Below, in pieces: positions 1 to 9,127 of a DNA stretch of 64,000 nucleotides. This stretch comes from Candidatus Kapaibacterium sp. (GTDB lineage Bacteria > Bacteroidota > Ignavibacteria > Kapaibacteriales > Kapaibacteriaceae), in assembly GCA_018882895.1 (NCBI GenBank), contig VERF01000002.1:10842-74841 (forward strand), written 5' to 3'. The notes beneath the pieces are model-generated. The model was given only the letters and a program-made list of their open reading frames with translations, did not search any database and was not told where the DNA came from. The translations under genes and the position numbers were made by a program. Each line of letters starts with the position of its first letter. Position 1 is the first letter of the stretch.

Positions 1-47
1 TTGTGCGTGGCCATTTTATGGCGCTTGCGCTTTTTACCGCATGGCAT
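1..47 (-). CDS. N-terminus of a tiny, extremely basic protein (MPCGKKRKRHKMATHK...) that runs off the left edge; possibly a short ribosome-associated peptide
   Basis: Own translation of the reverse strand from the ATG at 47-45. AGAGG lies about 6 nt upstream. Co-directional with the HU and TPR genes upstream. Absent from the ORF track because it has no stop codon in the window. Confidence 0.35.
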   Translation of the reverse strand, partial: MPCGKKRKRHKMATH

Positions 48-95
48 GGTGACCTCTGGATGACGTGAGAAAAATTTTGGATTTCGTTGTTGTGA

Positions 96-689
96 TCAGG
101 ATGTCTTTGACAATTGTTCGAGTGCCAGCTTTGCTCGCTCGCCGATAGGCGAGGCGGGGTCAGCCGCGCGACATCGTTCGAACCACGTCTTGGCCTGATC
201 AAACTGCTGCATCTGCGTGTGCATAACGGCAATGTTGAAGAGGGCCGACTGGTTCTTCGGATCCTTCTTGATGATCGATTCCAGTTCCGCAAGAGCTTCC
301 TTCTGCTGTCCCGTTTGGAACAGCGCATAGGAGTAGTCGATGCGGACCGACGTGACTGAGGCGTCGATCGAATCAAGGAAGCGTCCGTAGAACCGTGACG
401 CTTTGTCAAATTGTCCAAGATCGTAGGCAATGTTCGCCGCCGAGATCACCAGCATACTGTCGAGCGGCCGCGCAGCGAGCGAATCCTCGATCGTTGCCAG
501 CAGCGACGACAACTTGCGCTCTCGAGCTACCACCTCTTCGTCGGCCTGACGCTGATCGGCCCGCTTGAGAGCCTCTTCCTTCCCAGCTTCAATGTTCGAC
601 GAGATGGCCATGCGCGAAAGTGCCCATGAACCTCCTCCGACGACCACGATGATGGATGCTACAAGCCCCCAAACCATCGAAGATCTCAT
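96..689 (-). CDS. Membrane-anchored tetratricopeptide-repeat (TPR) protein
   Basis: N-terminal hydrophobic helix (VWGLVASIIVVVGGG) followed by TPR-like helical repeats (YDLGQFDKASRFYGRFL, YALFQTGQQKEALAELESIIKKDP, FNIAVMHTQMQQFDQAKTWFERC). Confidence 0.7.
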   Translation of the reverse strand: MRSSMVWGLVASIIVVVGGGSWALSRMAISSNIEAGKEEALKRADQRQADEEVVARERKLSSLLATIEDSLAARPLDSMLVISAANIAYDLGQFDKASRFYGRFLDSIDASVTSVRIDYSYALFQTGQQKEALAELESIIKKDPKNQSALFNIAVMHTQMQQFDQAKTWFERCRAADPASPIGERAKLALEQLSKTS

Positions 690-694
690 TGCCG

Positions 695-1018
695 TTACGC
701 CGATGCCTGTGAATCCTGAGAGCCCGCCGAGCGAAGCTTCTCATGAACCTTTTCCTGAAACTCCGAGCTGACCTTGAAGGCCGGGATGAACCGTTCTTCA
801 AGGGGCACAGGATCGCCAGTTCGCGGATTGCGAGCCATGCGCGGCTTGCGGCTCTTGACGCTGAACACGCCAAATCCTCTGAGTTCAATGCGCTTGCCAT
901 CGGCCAGCGCATCAATGATGCTCAGAAGGAACCCGTCAACGACGGCCTTGGTCTCGAGCTTGGTAAGCCCGGTTTCGCTGGCGATCTTATCGACGATGTC
1001 GGCTTTGGTGACGTTCAA
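695..1018 (-). CDS. HU/IHF-family DNA-binding protein
   Basis: 107 aa. Family signature ELRGFGVFSVKSRKPRMARNPRTGDPVPLEERFIPAFK. Apparent TTG start. Confidence 0.85.
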   Translation of the reverse strand: MNVTKADIVDKIASETGLTKLETKAVVDGFLLSIIDALADGKRIELRGFGVFSVKSRKPRMARNPRTGDPVPLEERFIPAFKVSSEFQEKVHEKLRSAGSQDSQASA

Positions 1019-1153
1019 CGTGGCCTCACTGCGGACAACTCAACAATACTCCGAACCGGCGCGCGTGTCAGGAAAGCCTTCTTTCCGACCCCGTCATCGG
1101 CGGACGGCAAACATACGAAAGGCCCTTATTCTGCACAACCTTAGCCCCACGCA

Positions 1154-2035
1154 ATGCGCCGAACTTCATATCTTTGCAGCCTGTCACGCTACGGAGGGAG
1201 AGTGAGTTGGTCTGACGAGCCAGTCTCATCGGACATAGAGCAGATTCAGAAGGTGCTTCGCGCTAGCCAGCGGCTTCCGCGTCACGTTGCCGCCATCATG
1301 GACGGTAATGGTCGCTGGGCCGAGGTGCGCTCGATGCCCCGGTTTGAGGGGCACCGTGCCGGCATGGAAAGCGTCCGCTCGGTGGTCAAGGCCTGTTCGC
1401 AGGTTGGAATCGAGTACCTGACACTGTATGCCTTCTCTATCGAGAACTGGAAGCGCCCTGCGCCGGAGGTGCGTTTTCTGATGTCACTTCTTGAGTCGTA
1501 CCTGCGCAAGGAGCTCGACGAGTTGCACGCCAACAACGTGCGAATCCGCACCATCGGCAAGACCAATGCCCTTCCACGCGGCGTTGAGAAGATCCTCCAG
1601 AAGGCCATCGACCGAACTGCGGCCAATGATGGGCTGACGCTGACGCTGGCGCTCAGCTATGGCGCGCGCTGGGATATCCAGAGGGCCATGCAAGTGATCG
1701 CCCTGGATGTGCGCCGAGGCAAACTCTCGCCTGAAGACCTGACCGAGCAGACGATCTCTGAGTATCTGCAGACGTCGTACATGCCGGATCCCGATCTTAT
1801 CATTCGCACCAGCGGGGAGATACGCCTGAGCAACTTCCTGCTATGGGAGGCCGCCTACGCCGAACTTTATGTGACGGACATGCTGTGGCCGGACTTTCGG
1901 GATAAGGACCTCTACAACGCTTTGCTGGAGTACACGCAGCGCGAGAGACGTTTCGGCAAGACCTCTGCACAGGTCGATCAAGGCAAACGATCCCCACAGA
2001 CCACCATGGAGCGCCTTCGTAATGCTCTCAAGTAG
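1154..2035 (+). CDS. uppS: Undecaprenyl-diphosphate synthase (isoprenyl transferase)
   Basis: Motifs HVAAIMDGNGRWA, LTLYAFSIENWKRP and RTSGEIRLSNFLLWEAAYAELY. The start may lie downstream of 1154. Confidence 0.9.
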   Translation: MRRTSYLCSLSRYGGRVSWSDEPVSSDIEQIQKVLRASQRLPRHVAAIMDGNGRWAEVRSMPRFEGHRAGMESVRSVVKACSQVGIEYLTLYAFSIENWKRPAPEVRFLMSLLESYLRKELDELHANNVRIRTIGKTNALPRGVEKILQKAIDRTAANDGLTLTLALSYGARWDIQRAMQVIALDVRRGKLSPEDLTEQTISEYLQTSYMPDPDLIIRTSGEIRLSNFLLWEAAYAELYVTDMLWPDFRDKDLYNALLEYTQRERRFGKTSAQVDQGKRSPQTTMERLRNALK

Positions 2036-4433
2036 TCGGCCAAAGCCGTGGGCCGATCTGCATGGTCTTGCGCTATCGGTTCTTTGCGTTCTATTGCTGC
2101 ACATTGCTGCGGCGCCGTCATTTGGTCAGGGGGCTGCCCAGCAGCGTTTTCCGATCATTGCCGGCATCACCGTAGAGGGCCTGGCCAACGGCGCTGACAT
2201 GCAGACCGTGATCGTCTACTCCGGGCTTCGCACCGGACAGGAGCTACGTCCGGATGACCTCATGACAGCCGTCAAGAATCTCTGGAACCGTCGCACCTTC
2301 AAGGACGTCAAGATCGAGCGGGAGCGGGAGACCGCCCTGGGCGTCTTTCTTGTGATCCGAGTTGCCCCGATGCCGCGCCTGCGCACGGTGACCATCACCG
2401 GCAACGATGAGGTCTCGATCGAAGACATCAATAAGGCCATCGACCGACGCAACGGAGACATCGTCTCGGCGTATGACGAGTACCTGGTGCGCGAAGCAAT
2501 CCGAAAGCTGTACGTCAAGGAAGGCCTTCTCTTTGCCAAGATCGAGACTCGGCTTGTGCCGACCGATTCGCTGAACTTCTCTGACCTTGAGATCACCATC
2601 AACGAAGGCGTTGAGTTCCACGTGCGATCCATCGTCGTCGATGGCAATACGCGCTACACTGACGCCGAGATCGCTTCAGCCTTCTCCGAGACAAAGACCA
2701 CCAGCTGGTATGAGTTCTGGGCCTCGTCATCCTTCGATCAGTCGAAATACGAGGAGGACAAGATCAAGCTCGCAGCCTGGTTCAGGGAAAGGGGCTTGAT
2801 GGATGCGGAGATCCTCGGCGACACGGTGATCTACGATGATGCGGCCGAGGCCGTCGACATTCGCATGACCATCAAGGAGGGATCGCCTGTCTACATTCGT
2901 TCGGTAAAGTTCACCGGTAATACGATCTACCCCGAAGCGATCATGCTTCCGCGTCTGCGCGTCGAACCCGGCGAGCTCTATAACGAGACCAAGTTCTATC
3001 AGAACCTGCAAGTCAACGAAGACCAGTCGGACGTCACCTCACTGTATGCCGACAACGGATACCTGGCTTGCCGCATGGAGCCGGAGTTTACGCGCGTTTC
3101 CGATGACAGCATCGACATCGTGATCCGTGTGGTGGAAGGGGATCAGTACACGATCCGTCGCATCGAGATCAGTGGTAACACGAAGACACGAGACAAGGTC
3201 ATCCAACGTGAACTCTACCTGCGTCCGGGCGACTATTTCAATCGCTCTGCGCTGATCAGAAGCGTACGTGGACTTGGCGTGTTGAACTTCTTCAATCCTG
3301 AAGCGCTCAAGCCCAACATTCAGCCGGTCGACAAGACCAAGGTCGACGTCGTTCTCAAGGTCGAGGAGCGCTCCACCGATACCTTCAACGCCTCCGTCGG
3401 CTTTGCCGGCGCATTTGGTCTGACCGGATCGATCGGCATCACACTCAACAACTTCGACATCAGCGAGCCCTTTTCAGGGGGCGCTGGGCAAGTTCTCGGA
3501 TTTCAATGGGACTTCGGACAGGCATCCCGACTGCAGACGTTTCAGCTCTCCTTTACCGAACCCTGGCTCTTCGGCCAGCCCACGTCGATCGGCTTTAACC
3601 TTTACGATACGCAGCGGAACTTCAACTTCGCCATGAGGCAAACGGGCGGAACGATCAATCTCGGACGGCGCTTCCGCTGGCCCGATGATTATTTCCGAGG
3701 TGACTGGAGCTTGGGCTTTGAGCGTATCGTTTCCAACACCACTACGTTCTTCTCGCGCCAGGGTACGCAGACGGCTCTGACACTCTCGCAGACCATCTCT
3801 CGCGTGAGTTTCGACAACATCATCTTCCCGACGGCGGGCTCTCGCTTTTTACTTTCGACGCGCGCTACGGCAGGAGCTCTTGGTATTGGTTCAACCGACT
3901 TCGGTAAGGTTGGTATCAACTTCGATATGGTCAACCCACTGATGACCATCGGCGGCAACACGAGGCTTGTTCTCTTCCTCGGGTCCGAGCTTGGGTATGT
4001 GGATGGATTCCGCGCCGACACAACAATTCCGCCGGGTGAGTTGTACTACATGGGAGGTAACGGCCTTGGCGGTTTTGCCGTGACTCCATTGAGGGGTTAT
4101 CGCGACAATTCATTCGTACCGGTCAATGCAGACGGTCGACGCCTTCCTCCGGGTGGACGACTTCAAGCGAGGTTTGTGACGGAGCTTCGATTCGCTCTCA
4201 CGCTCAATCCCTTCCCGATCTATTTGCTTAGTTTTGCCGAGGCCGGTAACGTCTGGTCGAGTCTTCGAACAGCCGATCCCTTTGGTCTGAAACGCTCTGC
4301 CGGTTTTGGTCTTCGGATGCTTCTGCAACCAATCGGTTTGTTGGGTTTCGATGTCGGCTACGGGTTTGACGACGATCCGTCGACCCCCGGCCAACGGTCC
4401 GGGTGGCAGTTCCACTTCCAGTTCGGCCGATAA
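2022..4433 (+). CDS. bamA: Outer membrane protein assembly factor BamA
   Basis: 803 aa with a signal-like N-terminus and repeated POTRA-like modules (ITVEG..., ITITGN..., VKFTGN..., IEISGNTKTRDKVIQREL). C-terminal beta-barrel ends in WQFHFQFGR. Synteny uppS-bamA-skp. Confidence 0.92.
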   Translation: MLSSSRPKPWADLHGLALSVLCVLLLHIAAAPSFGQGAAQQRFPIIAGITVEGLANGADMQTVIVYSGLRTGQELRPDDLMTAVKNLWNRRTFKDVKIERERETALGVFLVIRVAPMPRLRTVTITGNDEVSIEDINKAIDRRNGDIVSAYDEYLVREAIRKLYVKEGLLFAKIETRLVPTDSLNFSDLEITINEGVEFHVRSIVVDGNTRYTDAEIASAFSETKTTSWYEFWASSSFDQSKYEEDKIKLAAWFRERGLMDAEILGDTVIYDDAAEAVDIRMTIKEGSPVYIRSVKFTGNTIYPEAIMLPRLRVEPGELYNETKFYQNLQVNEDQSDVTSLYADNGYLACRMEPEFTRVSDDSIDIVIRVVEGDQYTIRRIEISGNTKTRDKVIQRELYLRPGDYFNRSALIRSVRGLGVLNFFNPEALKPNIQPVDKTKVDVVLKVEERSTDTFNASVGFAGAFGLTGSIGITLNNFDISEPFSGGAGQVLGFQWDFGQASRLQTFQLSFTEPWLFGQPTSIGFNLYDTQRNFNFAMRQTGGTINLGRRFRWPDDYFRGDWSLGFERIVSNTTTFFSRQGTQTALTLSQTISRVSFDNIIFPTAGSRFLLSTRATAGALGIGSTDFGKVGINFDMVNPLMTIGGNTRLVLFLGSELGYVDGFRADTTIPPGELYYMGGNGLGGFAVTPLRGYRDNSFVPVNADGRRLPPGGRLQARFVTELRFALTLNPFPIYLLSFAEAGNVWSSLRTADPFGLKRSAGFGLRMLLQPIGLLGFDVGYGFDDDPSTPGQRSGWQFHFQFGR

Positions 4434-4472
4434 AACATTTTGTCCACCACATCATCAACGGATTAGTTTCTC

Positions 4473-4991
4473 ATGACGATTCGCATGTTCCTTTTGCTGG
4501 CCGTTCTGGCCGTCGCAACGCCCCTTTCAGCCCAGTCTTTCAAGATCGGCGTCGTCAGCGCCGACGTCATCCTTAAAGAGCTGCCGGATGCCATCAAGGC
4601 CAGCAAGGCCATCGAAGAGGCCGGCCTGAAGATTCGTGACACGCTGCAGATGATGCAGAAGGACTTTGAAACACGCATCGAAAGTTATCGCAAGCAAGAG
4701 GCCATGATGACGGCCGAAGGCAAGCGCAAAGAAGAAGAGTCACTTGCCGCACTGCGTCAGCGATTCCTGCAGTATCAGGAAGAGAAGCTTGGTCAGACAG
4801 GCGAGATCGCCCGCATGCGCGAAGACCTTCTGATGCCCATCCGTGCCAAGGTCAGCGAGGCAATCAATGCCGTTGCCAAGGAAGAGAAGATCAACCTCGT
4901 GCTCGACAAGATGGGTGGCATCGTTCTTTACAGTGAAGACAAAGCGGACATCACCTACAAGGTGCTTGATCGCATGAAGCGCGGCAACTGA
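4473..4991 (+). CDS. OmpH/Skp-family periplasmic chaperone
   Basis: 172 aa with a signal peptide ending in AQS, then a coiled-coil Lys/Glu-rich body. Lies immediately after bamA. Confidence 0.85.
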   Translation: MTIRMFLLLAVLAVATPLSAQSFKIGVVSADVILKELPDAIKASKAIEEAGLKIRDTLQMMQKDFETRIESYRKQEAMMTAEGKRKEEESLAALRQRFLQYQEEKLGQTGEIARMREDLLMPIRAKVSEAINAVAKEEKINLVLDKMGGIVLYSEDKADITYKVLDRMKRGN

Positions 4992-5071
4992 TAACCGCCA
5001 GGCCCCCTACCACCGCACACCACCATTGCCAATGATCCGTTGATCCCCTCGTAAATCGGAGAACCTGCCAT

Positions 5072-5887
5072 ATGACGAAGCGGATCATTTCTTGCCTCAT
5101 TGCCGCCATGATCCTTCTGCCCGCCAGCATGCTGGCGCAGAAGATCGGCTACGTGTCAACGGACTTCATACGCTCACAATACGAATCTGCGAAGATGGCC
5201 GAAGAGCGCCTCTCGTCGTACGTTGACGAGTGGAAGGCCGATATGACGCAGCGCCAGCGTGACATCGACGAGCTCGAAGTCGAGATCAGGAAGAACCGCC
5301 TGATCTGGAGCGAACAAGAGCGACAGTCCAAGGAAAAGGAGATCGAAGAGAAGCGTCGCGAACGCGATCAGTTCGCGCGCATGAAGTTCGAGCCAGGGGG
5401 CGAGTACGATCAGAACGCCGAAGAACTCATGCAGGCAGTGTGGAAGAAAATCTACACGGCCATTCAAAAGGTCGCCGCTGCGGACGGATACGACATCGTC
5501 TGGGATAAGAGCGTGCAGCCGCTGGTGTACGTCAATGCCAAGTACGACATCACTGCAAAGGTGATGAAGGAGCTCGGCATTGATGCCGGTGATCTTGAAC
5601 AGAAGCAGCGTGAAGCCATTGAAGGCGATCCGCGCAACAAGCGTATAGAAGAACCGAGAAAGAAGAAGTCACGTCGGCCGACGGCCACACCGGCAGATGC
5701 TCAGCCGGCCGCGCCGGCAGCGATACCGGTGGATCCGTCCATGCAGCCGACCTCGGCGCCGGTGTTGATGCCTGACGGAACGATGCCAAACGGACTTCCG
5801 CCCACGGGCCAGGTGCCGGGCGGCGGGCCGGGCCGAAGCATGCCGATACCTCCCGACACTACAAAGCCTCGCGGTGGTGGCCGATGA
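5072..5887 (+). CDS. OmpH/Skp-family protein with a Pro-rich C-terminal tail
   Basis: Signal peptide, Skp-like coiled coil, then a low-complexity tail (PTATPADAQPAAPAAIPVDPSMQP...). GGAGAA upstream of the ATG. Confidence 0.8.
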   Translation: MTKRIISCLIAAMILLPASMLAQKIGYVSTDFIRSQYESAKMAEERLSSYVDEWKADMTQRQRDIDELEVEIRKNRLIWSEQERQSKEKEIEEKRRERDQFARMKFEPGGEYDQNAEELMQAVWKKIYTAIQKVAAADGYDIVWDKSVQPLVYVNAKYDITAKVMKELGIDAGDLEQKQREAIEGDPRNKRIEEPRKKKSRRPTATPADAQPAAPAAIPVDPSMQPTSAPVLMPDGTMPNGLPPTGQVPGGGPGRSMPIPPDTTKPRGGGR

Positions 5888-6936
5888 ATGCGTCATTCCC
5901 CATGACGGCCCGTCAGATCGGTGACCTGCTTGGCAGGACGGTAGACGGCGATGAGTCCATCATGATCACCGGCGTCAACTCCGTTGATGTGGCCGCTCCG
6001 GGAGACGTTTCCTTCGTTGGTTCAGATTCGTTCGCACGACATCTTTCGGTTACGGCTGCGTCGTGCCTGATCATTCGGCCGCAGGATGTGGCATCGGTCT
6101 CGTCTGCATCATGGATTGTCAGCCCCGCGCCGTACCAGGACATGGTCGTGCTGATGCGCCTTGTCAATCCCGAGTACAGTCTTGAGAAGGGGCTTCGGGC
6201 TTCCTCGGCCATCATTGATGCGACTGCGATCATCGATGCAACGGCTTCGATCGGGCCCGGGTGTGTGATCTCGGCCGGGTGCTCAGTAGGCCCAAACACC
6301 CAACTGCTTGCCAACGTGGTTCTGTATCCGAACGTGCGCGTTGGTGCCGACTGTGTTCTTCATGCGAACGTCACGTGCTATCAGGGAACGACCGTTGGCG
6401 ATCGCTGCGTCATTCATGCCTGCAGCGTCATCGGAAGTGATGGTTTCGGGTACGTGGAGCACGACGATAAACATTTTGAGAAGATCCCCCATGTTGGAGG
6501 TGTTCGGATCGGCAATGATGTCGAGATCGGCTCCAACGTATCGATCGATCGTGCGGCCATGGGGCTGACGGTCATTGAAGACAGAGTGAAGATCGACAAC
6601 CTTGTCCAGCTAGCTCATGGCGTCACGATAGGGCAGGACACGGCCATAGCCGCTCAGGTGGCCATCGCAGGCGGTACGAAGGTCGGACGTCGCAATCGTA
6701 TTGCCGGACAAGCCGGAATTGTTGGTCATGTTGAAACCGCAGACGACGTCGTGGTATATGCTCAGTCGGGAGTTGCTCAGTCGATCGATCAGCCGGGATC
6801 ATACTTCGGCTCGCCGGCCAAGCAACACGGTCTGGCCCTTCGGATTGATGTTGCCCTTCGGCAGTTGCCTGAGCTTCTCAGGCAGGTGCGGACACTTACT
6901 GCCCAGGTTGAAGAAATGAAACGGGAACGTGGATAA
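5884..6936 (+). CDS. lpxD: UDP-3-O-acylglucosamine N-acyltransferase
   Basis: 350 aa. N-terminal LpxD-type domain followed by left-handed beta-helix hexapeptide repeats. ATGA overlap with the upstream skp gene. Sits between skp and lpxC/fabZ. Confidence 0.9.
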   Translation: MNASFPMTARQIGDLLGRTVDGDESIMITGVNSVDVAAPGDVSFVGSDSFARHLSVTAASCLIIRPQDVASVSSASWIVSPAPYQDMVVLMRLVNPEYSLEKGLRASSAIIDATAIIDATASIGPGCVISAGCSVGPNTQLLANVVLYPNVRVGADCVLHANVTCYQGTTVGDRCVIHACSVIGSDGFGYVEHDDKHFEKIPHVGGVRIGNDVEIGSNVSIDRAAMGLTVIEDRVKIDNLVQLAHGVTIGQDTAIAAQVAIAGGTKVGRRNRIAGQAGIVGHVETADDVVVYAQSGVAQSIDQPGSYFGSPAKQHGLALRIDVALRQLPELLRQVRTLTAQVEEMKRERG

Positions 6937-8342
6937 TGACAATCAAACAGCATACGGTTGGTGATTCGGTTTCGATGTCGGGCGTTGGACTGCATACAGG
7001 AAGTCTTACGACGATGACATTTCATCCTGCGGCCGAGAACACGGGATATCGCTTTCGTCGCATCGATCTGCCCGGCAGTCCGGAAGTCCCGGCCATCGTC
7101 GACAACGTCGTCGAGATCGCCCGAGGCACCACGATTGCCCTCGGAGAGGCACGCGTACACACGGTGGAACATGTCCTTGCGGCGCTTGTTGGTATGGGTG
7201 TCGATAACTGTATCATCGATCTGAGCAACAATGAGCCCCCTGTCGGCGATGGCTCATCGATGCCATATGTGGAAATGATCCAGAAGGTGGGTGTTGTTGA
7301 ACAGCAGGCCACGCGGCATGAGATCGTTCTCGATCAGCCGATCCGATACGTTGATGAAGCTCGTGGCACCGAGATCGCGGCTCTTCCGAATGACACATAC
7401 CGAGTGACGGTAATGGTCGACTACAAGAATCCGGCGCTGGGTAGCCAGCACACGGGGCTGTTCGACCTTGATGCGGAGTTCGTGTCGGAGTTCGCGCCGG
7501 CACGTACGTTCTGCTTCCTTCACGAAGTGGAGGCGCTCTATAAGCAGGGCCTCATTCAAGGGGGCAACCTTGACAACGCCATTGTGATCGTTGACAAGGA
7601 GATGTCTGACGAAGACCTGCGTGCGACACTCTCGTCGATGGGCGTCACCGGCAATGCCGTGCTCGGAACCAATGGCATTCTGAACAACAATCAGTTGCGC
7701 TTTCCAAACGAGCCGGCGCGTCATAAGCTGCTCGACATGGTGGGTGACCTTGCTCTGGTTGGCGCGCGGATGCGGGCACAGATTCTGGCAGCCCGGCCGG
7801 GTCACGCAGCGAACATCGAATTCGCCCGTAAGGTGCGGCGCATGTACGAGAACCGTCAGCACGTCAAGCGCTACTCTCCGTCGACGATGGAGACGGTGTT
7901 CGACATCAACAAGATCCTTACGATGTTGCCTCACAGGTATCCGTTCCTGATGGTCGATAAGATCATCGAGTATGCTCCTGATGAGAATCGCATTGTTGGC
8001 GTGAAGAACGTCACATTCAACGAACCTGAGTTCATGGGGCACTTCCCCAACCGACCGATCTTTCCGGGTGTTCTGATCATGGAGGCCATGGCACAGACCG
8101 GCTGCATGCTCCTGATCTCGAAAGGTATCGATCCGGAGAAGAAGCTCGTTGTGTTCACGGGCATGAACAACGTCAAGTTCCGACGCGAAGTGATCCCGGG
8201 TGATCAGCTCGTTATGGAGCTGGAGATGACGCGCTTCCGGTTCAACATTTGTCAACTTGTGGGCAAGGCCTACGTCAACGGCCAGCTTGCGGCTGAGGCC
8301 GAACTTCAGGCTGCCGTGGTCGATCGGGGGGCCGCAAAATGA
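6936..8342 (+). CDS. lpxC/fabZ: Bifunctional UDP-3-O-acyl-GlcNAc deacetylase / 3-hydroxyacyl-ACP dehydratase (LpxC-FabZ fusion)
   Basis: N-terminal half is LpxC-like (GVGLHTGSLTTMTFHPAAENTGYRFRR, HTVEHVLAAL). C-terminal half is FabZ-like (LPHRYPFLMVDKIIE, GHFPNRPIFPGVLIMEAMAQ). Confidence 0.93.
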   Translation: MTIKQHTVGDSVSMSGVGLHTGSLTTMTFHPAAENTGYRFRRIDLPGSPEVPAIVDNVVEIARGTTIALGEARVHTVEHVLAALVGMGVDNCIIDLSNNEPPVGDGSSMPYVEMIQKVGVVEQQATRHEIVLDQPIRYVDEARGTEIAALPNDTYRVTVMVDYKNPALGSQHTGLFDLDAEFVSEFAPARTFCFLHEVEALYKQGLIQGGNLDNAIVIVDKEMSDEDLRATLSSMGVTGNAVLGTNGILNNNQLRFPNEPARHKLLDMVGDLALVGARMRAQILAARPGHAANIEFARKVRRMYENRQHVKRYSPSTMETVFDINKILTMLPHRYPFLMVDKIIEYAPDENRIVGVKNVTFNEPEFMGHFPNRPIFPGVLIMEAMAQTGCMLLISKGIDPEKKLVVFTGMNNVKFRREVIPGDQLVMELEMTRFRFNICQLVGKAYVNGQLAAEAELQAAVVDRGAAK

Positions 8343-9121
8343 GCAGTGTTGTGATACATCCGTCGGCGATCGTCTCACCGAAAGCCCGCATTGGTGTAGA
8401 TGTGGCCATTGGACCATTCTGCGTGGTGGAAGATGACGTGCAGATCGGCGATGGCACGGAGCTCATCAGCCACGTCGTGCTTGGGAACGGGTCGCGCATC
8501 GGTTCACAGGTGCGCATTCACCCAAATGCCGTCATTGGAACGGCTCCGCAGGATCTGAAGTACCGCAATGAGCCGACGACGGCTGAGATCGGAGATCGCA
8601 CGGTGATCCGCGAGAGCGTCACCGTCAACCGAGGCACGGTCCACAGCAGCCGCACACGTGTCGGCAGCGATTGTCTGCTGATGGCATACGTTCACGTTGC
8701 CCACGACTGCGTTGTGGGGGATAACGTCATCATGGCCAACGGAGTTCAGCTCGGCGGCCACGTCGAAGTAGGGGACTGGGCCATCCTGGGCGGCCTGACG
8801 GGCGTGCATCAATTCTGTCGCATCGGTCCGCACACGATGATCGGCGCATGTTCGCGCGTGGTCAAAGACGTCCCTCCATTCACCCTCAGCGGCAAAGAGC
8901 CCCTTTCCGTCGAAGGCATTAATGCTGTGGGCCTGCGCCGCAGAGGTTTCGAGGATGCGACCGTGCGAGCGATCGATGACTTCTACACCGTGCTGCTTCG
9001 AAGCGGATTCAATACGTCTGACGGAATCCGTGCCTATGAATCAGCGTATCAAGAGATCGATCCGCAGGTTGCCATGTGCATTGAGTTCATCCGCAGTTCC
9101 AAGCGCGGTATCTACCGCTGA
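8339..9121 (+). CDS. lpxA: Acyl-ACP--UDP-N-acetylglucosamine O-acyltransferase
   Basis: 260 aa. Hexapeptide-repeat beta-helix plus a C-terminal helical domain. ATGA overlap with lpxC/fabZ. Confidence 0.9.
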   Translation: MSSVVIHPSAIVSPKARIGVDVAIGPFCVVEDDVQIGDGTELISHVVLGNGSRIGSQVRIHPNAVIGTAPQDLKYRNEPTTAEIGDRTVIRESVTVNRGTVHSSRTRVGSDCLLMAYVHVAHDCVVGDNVIMANGVQLGGHVEVGDWAILGGLTGVHQFCRIGPHTMIGACSRVVKDVPPFTLSGKEPLSVEGINAVGLRRRGFEDATVRAIDDFYTVLLRSGFNTSDGIRAYESAYQEIDPQVAMCIEFIRSSKRGIYR

Positions 9122-9127
9122 TCGGAC

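Noticed and set aside
6208-6243. Apparent tandem duplication AIIDAT-AIIDAT in lpxD.
   Set aside because: It lies at the start of the left-handed beta-helix, where hexapeptide periodicity is intrinsic. The two DNA copies differ at several synonymous positions, so this is not a recent repeat or slippage site.
7254-8417. 387-aa ORF antisense to lpxC/fabZ. There are similar long antisense or out-of-frame ORFs at 13270-14244, 42840-43808, 44315-45427, 51028-51945, 16336-17004, 37093-37830, 10710-11363, 11859-12515, 58597-59397 and 30378-31058.
   Set aside because: Each lies opposite or out of frame to a gene with strong family motifs. Their translations are Arg/Ser/His-rich low-complexity sequence with no recognisable motif. 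Long spurious reverse-frame ORFs are expected in GC-rich coding DNA.
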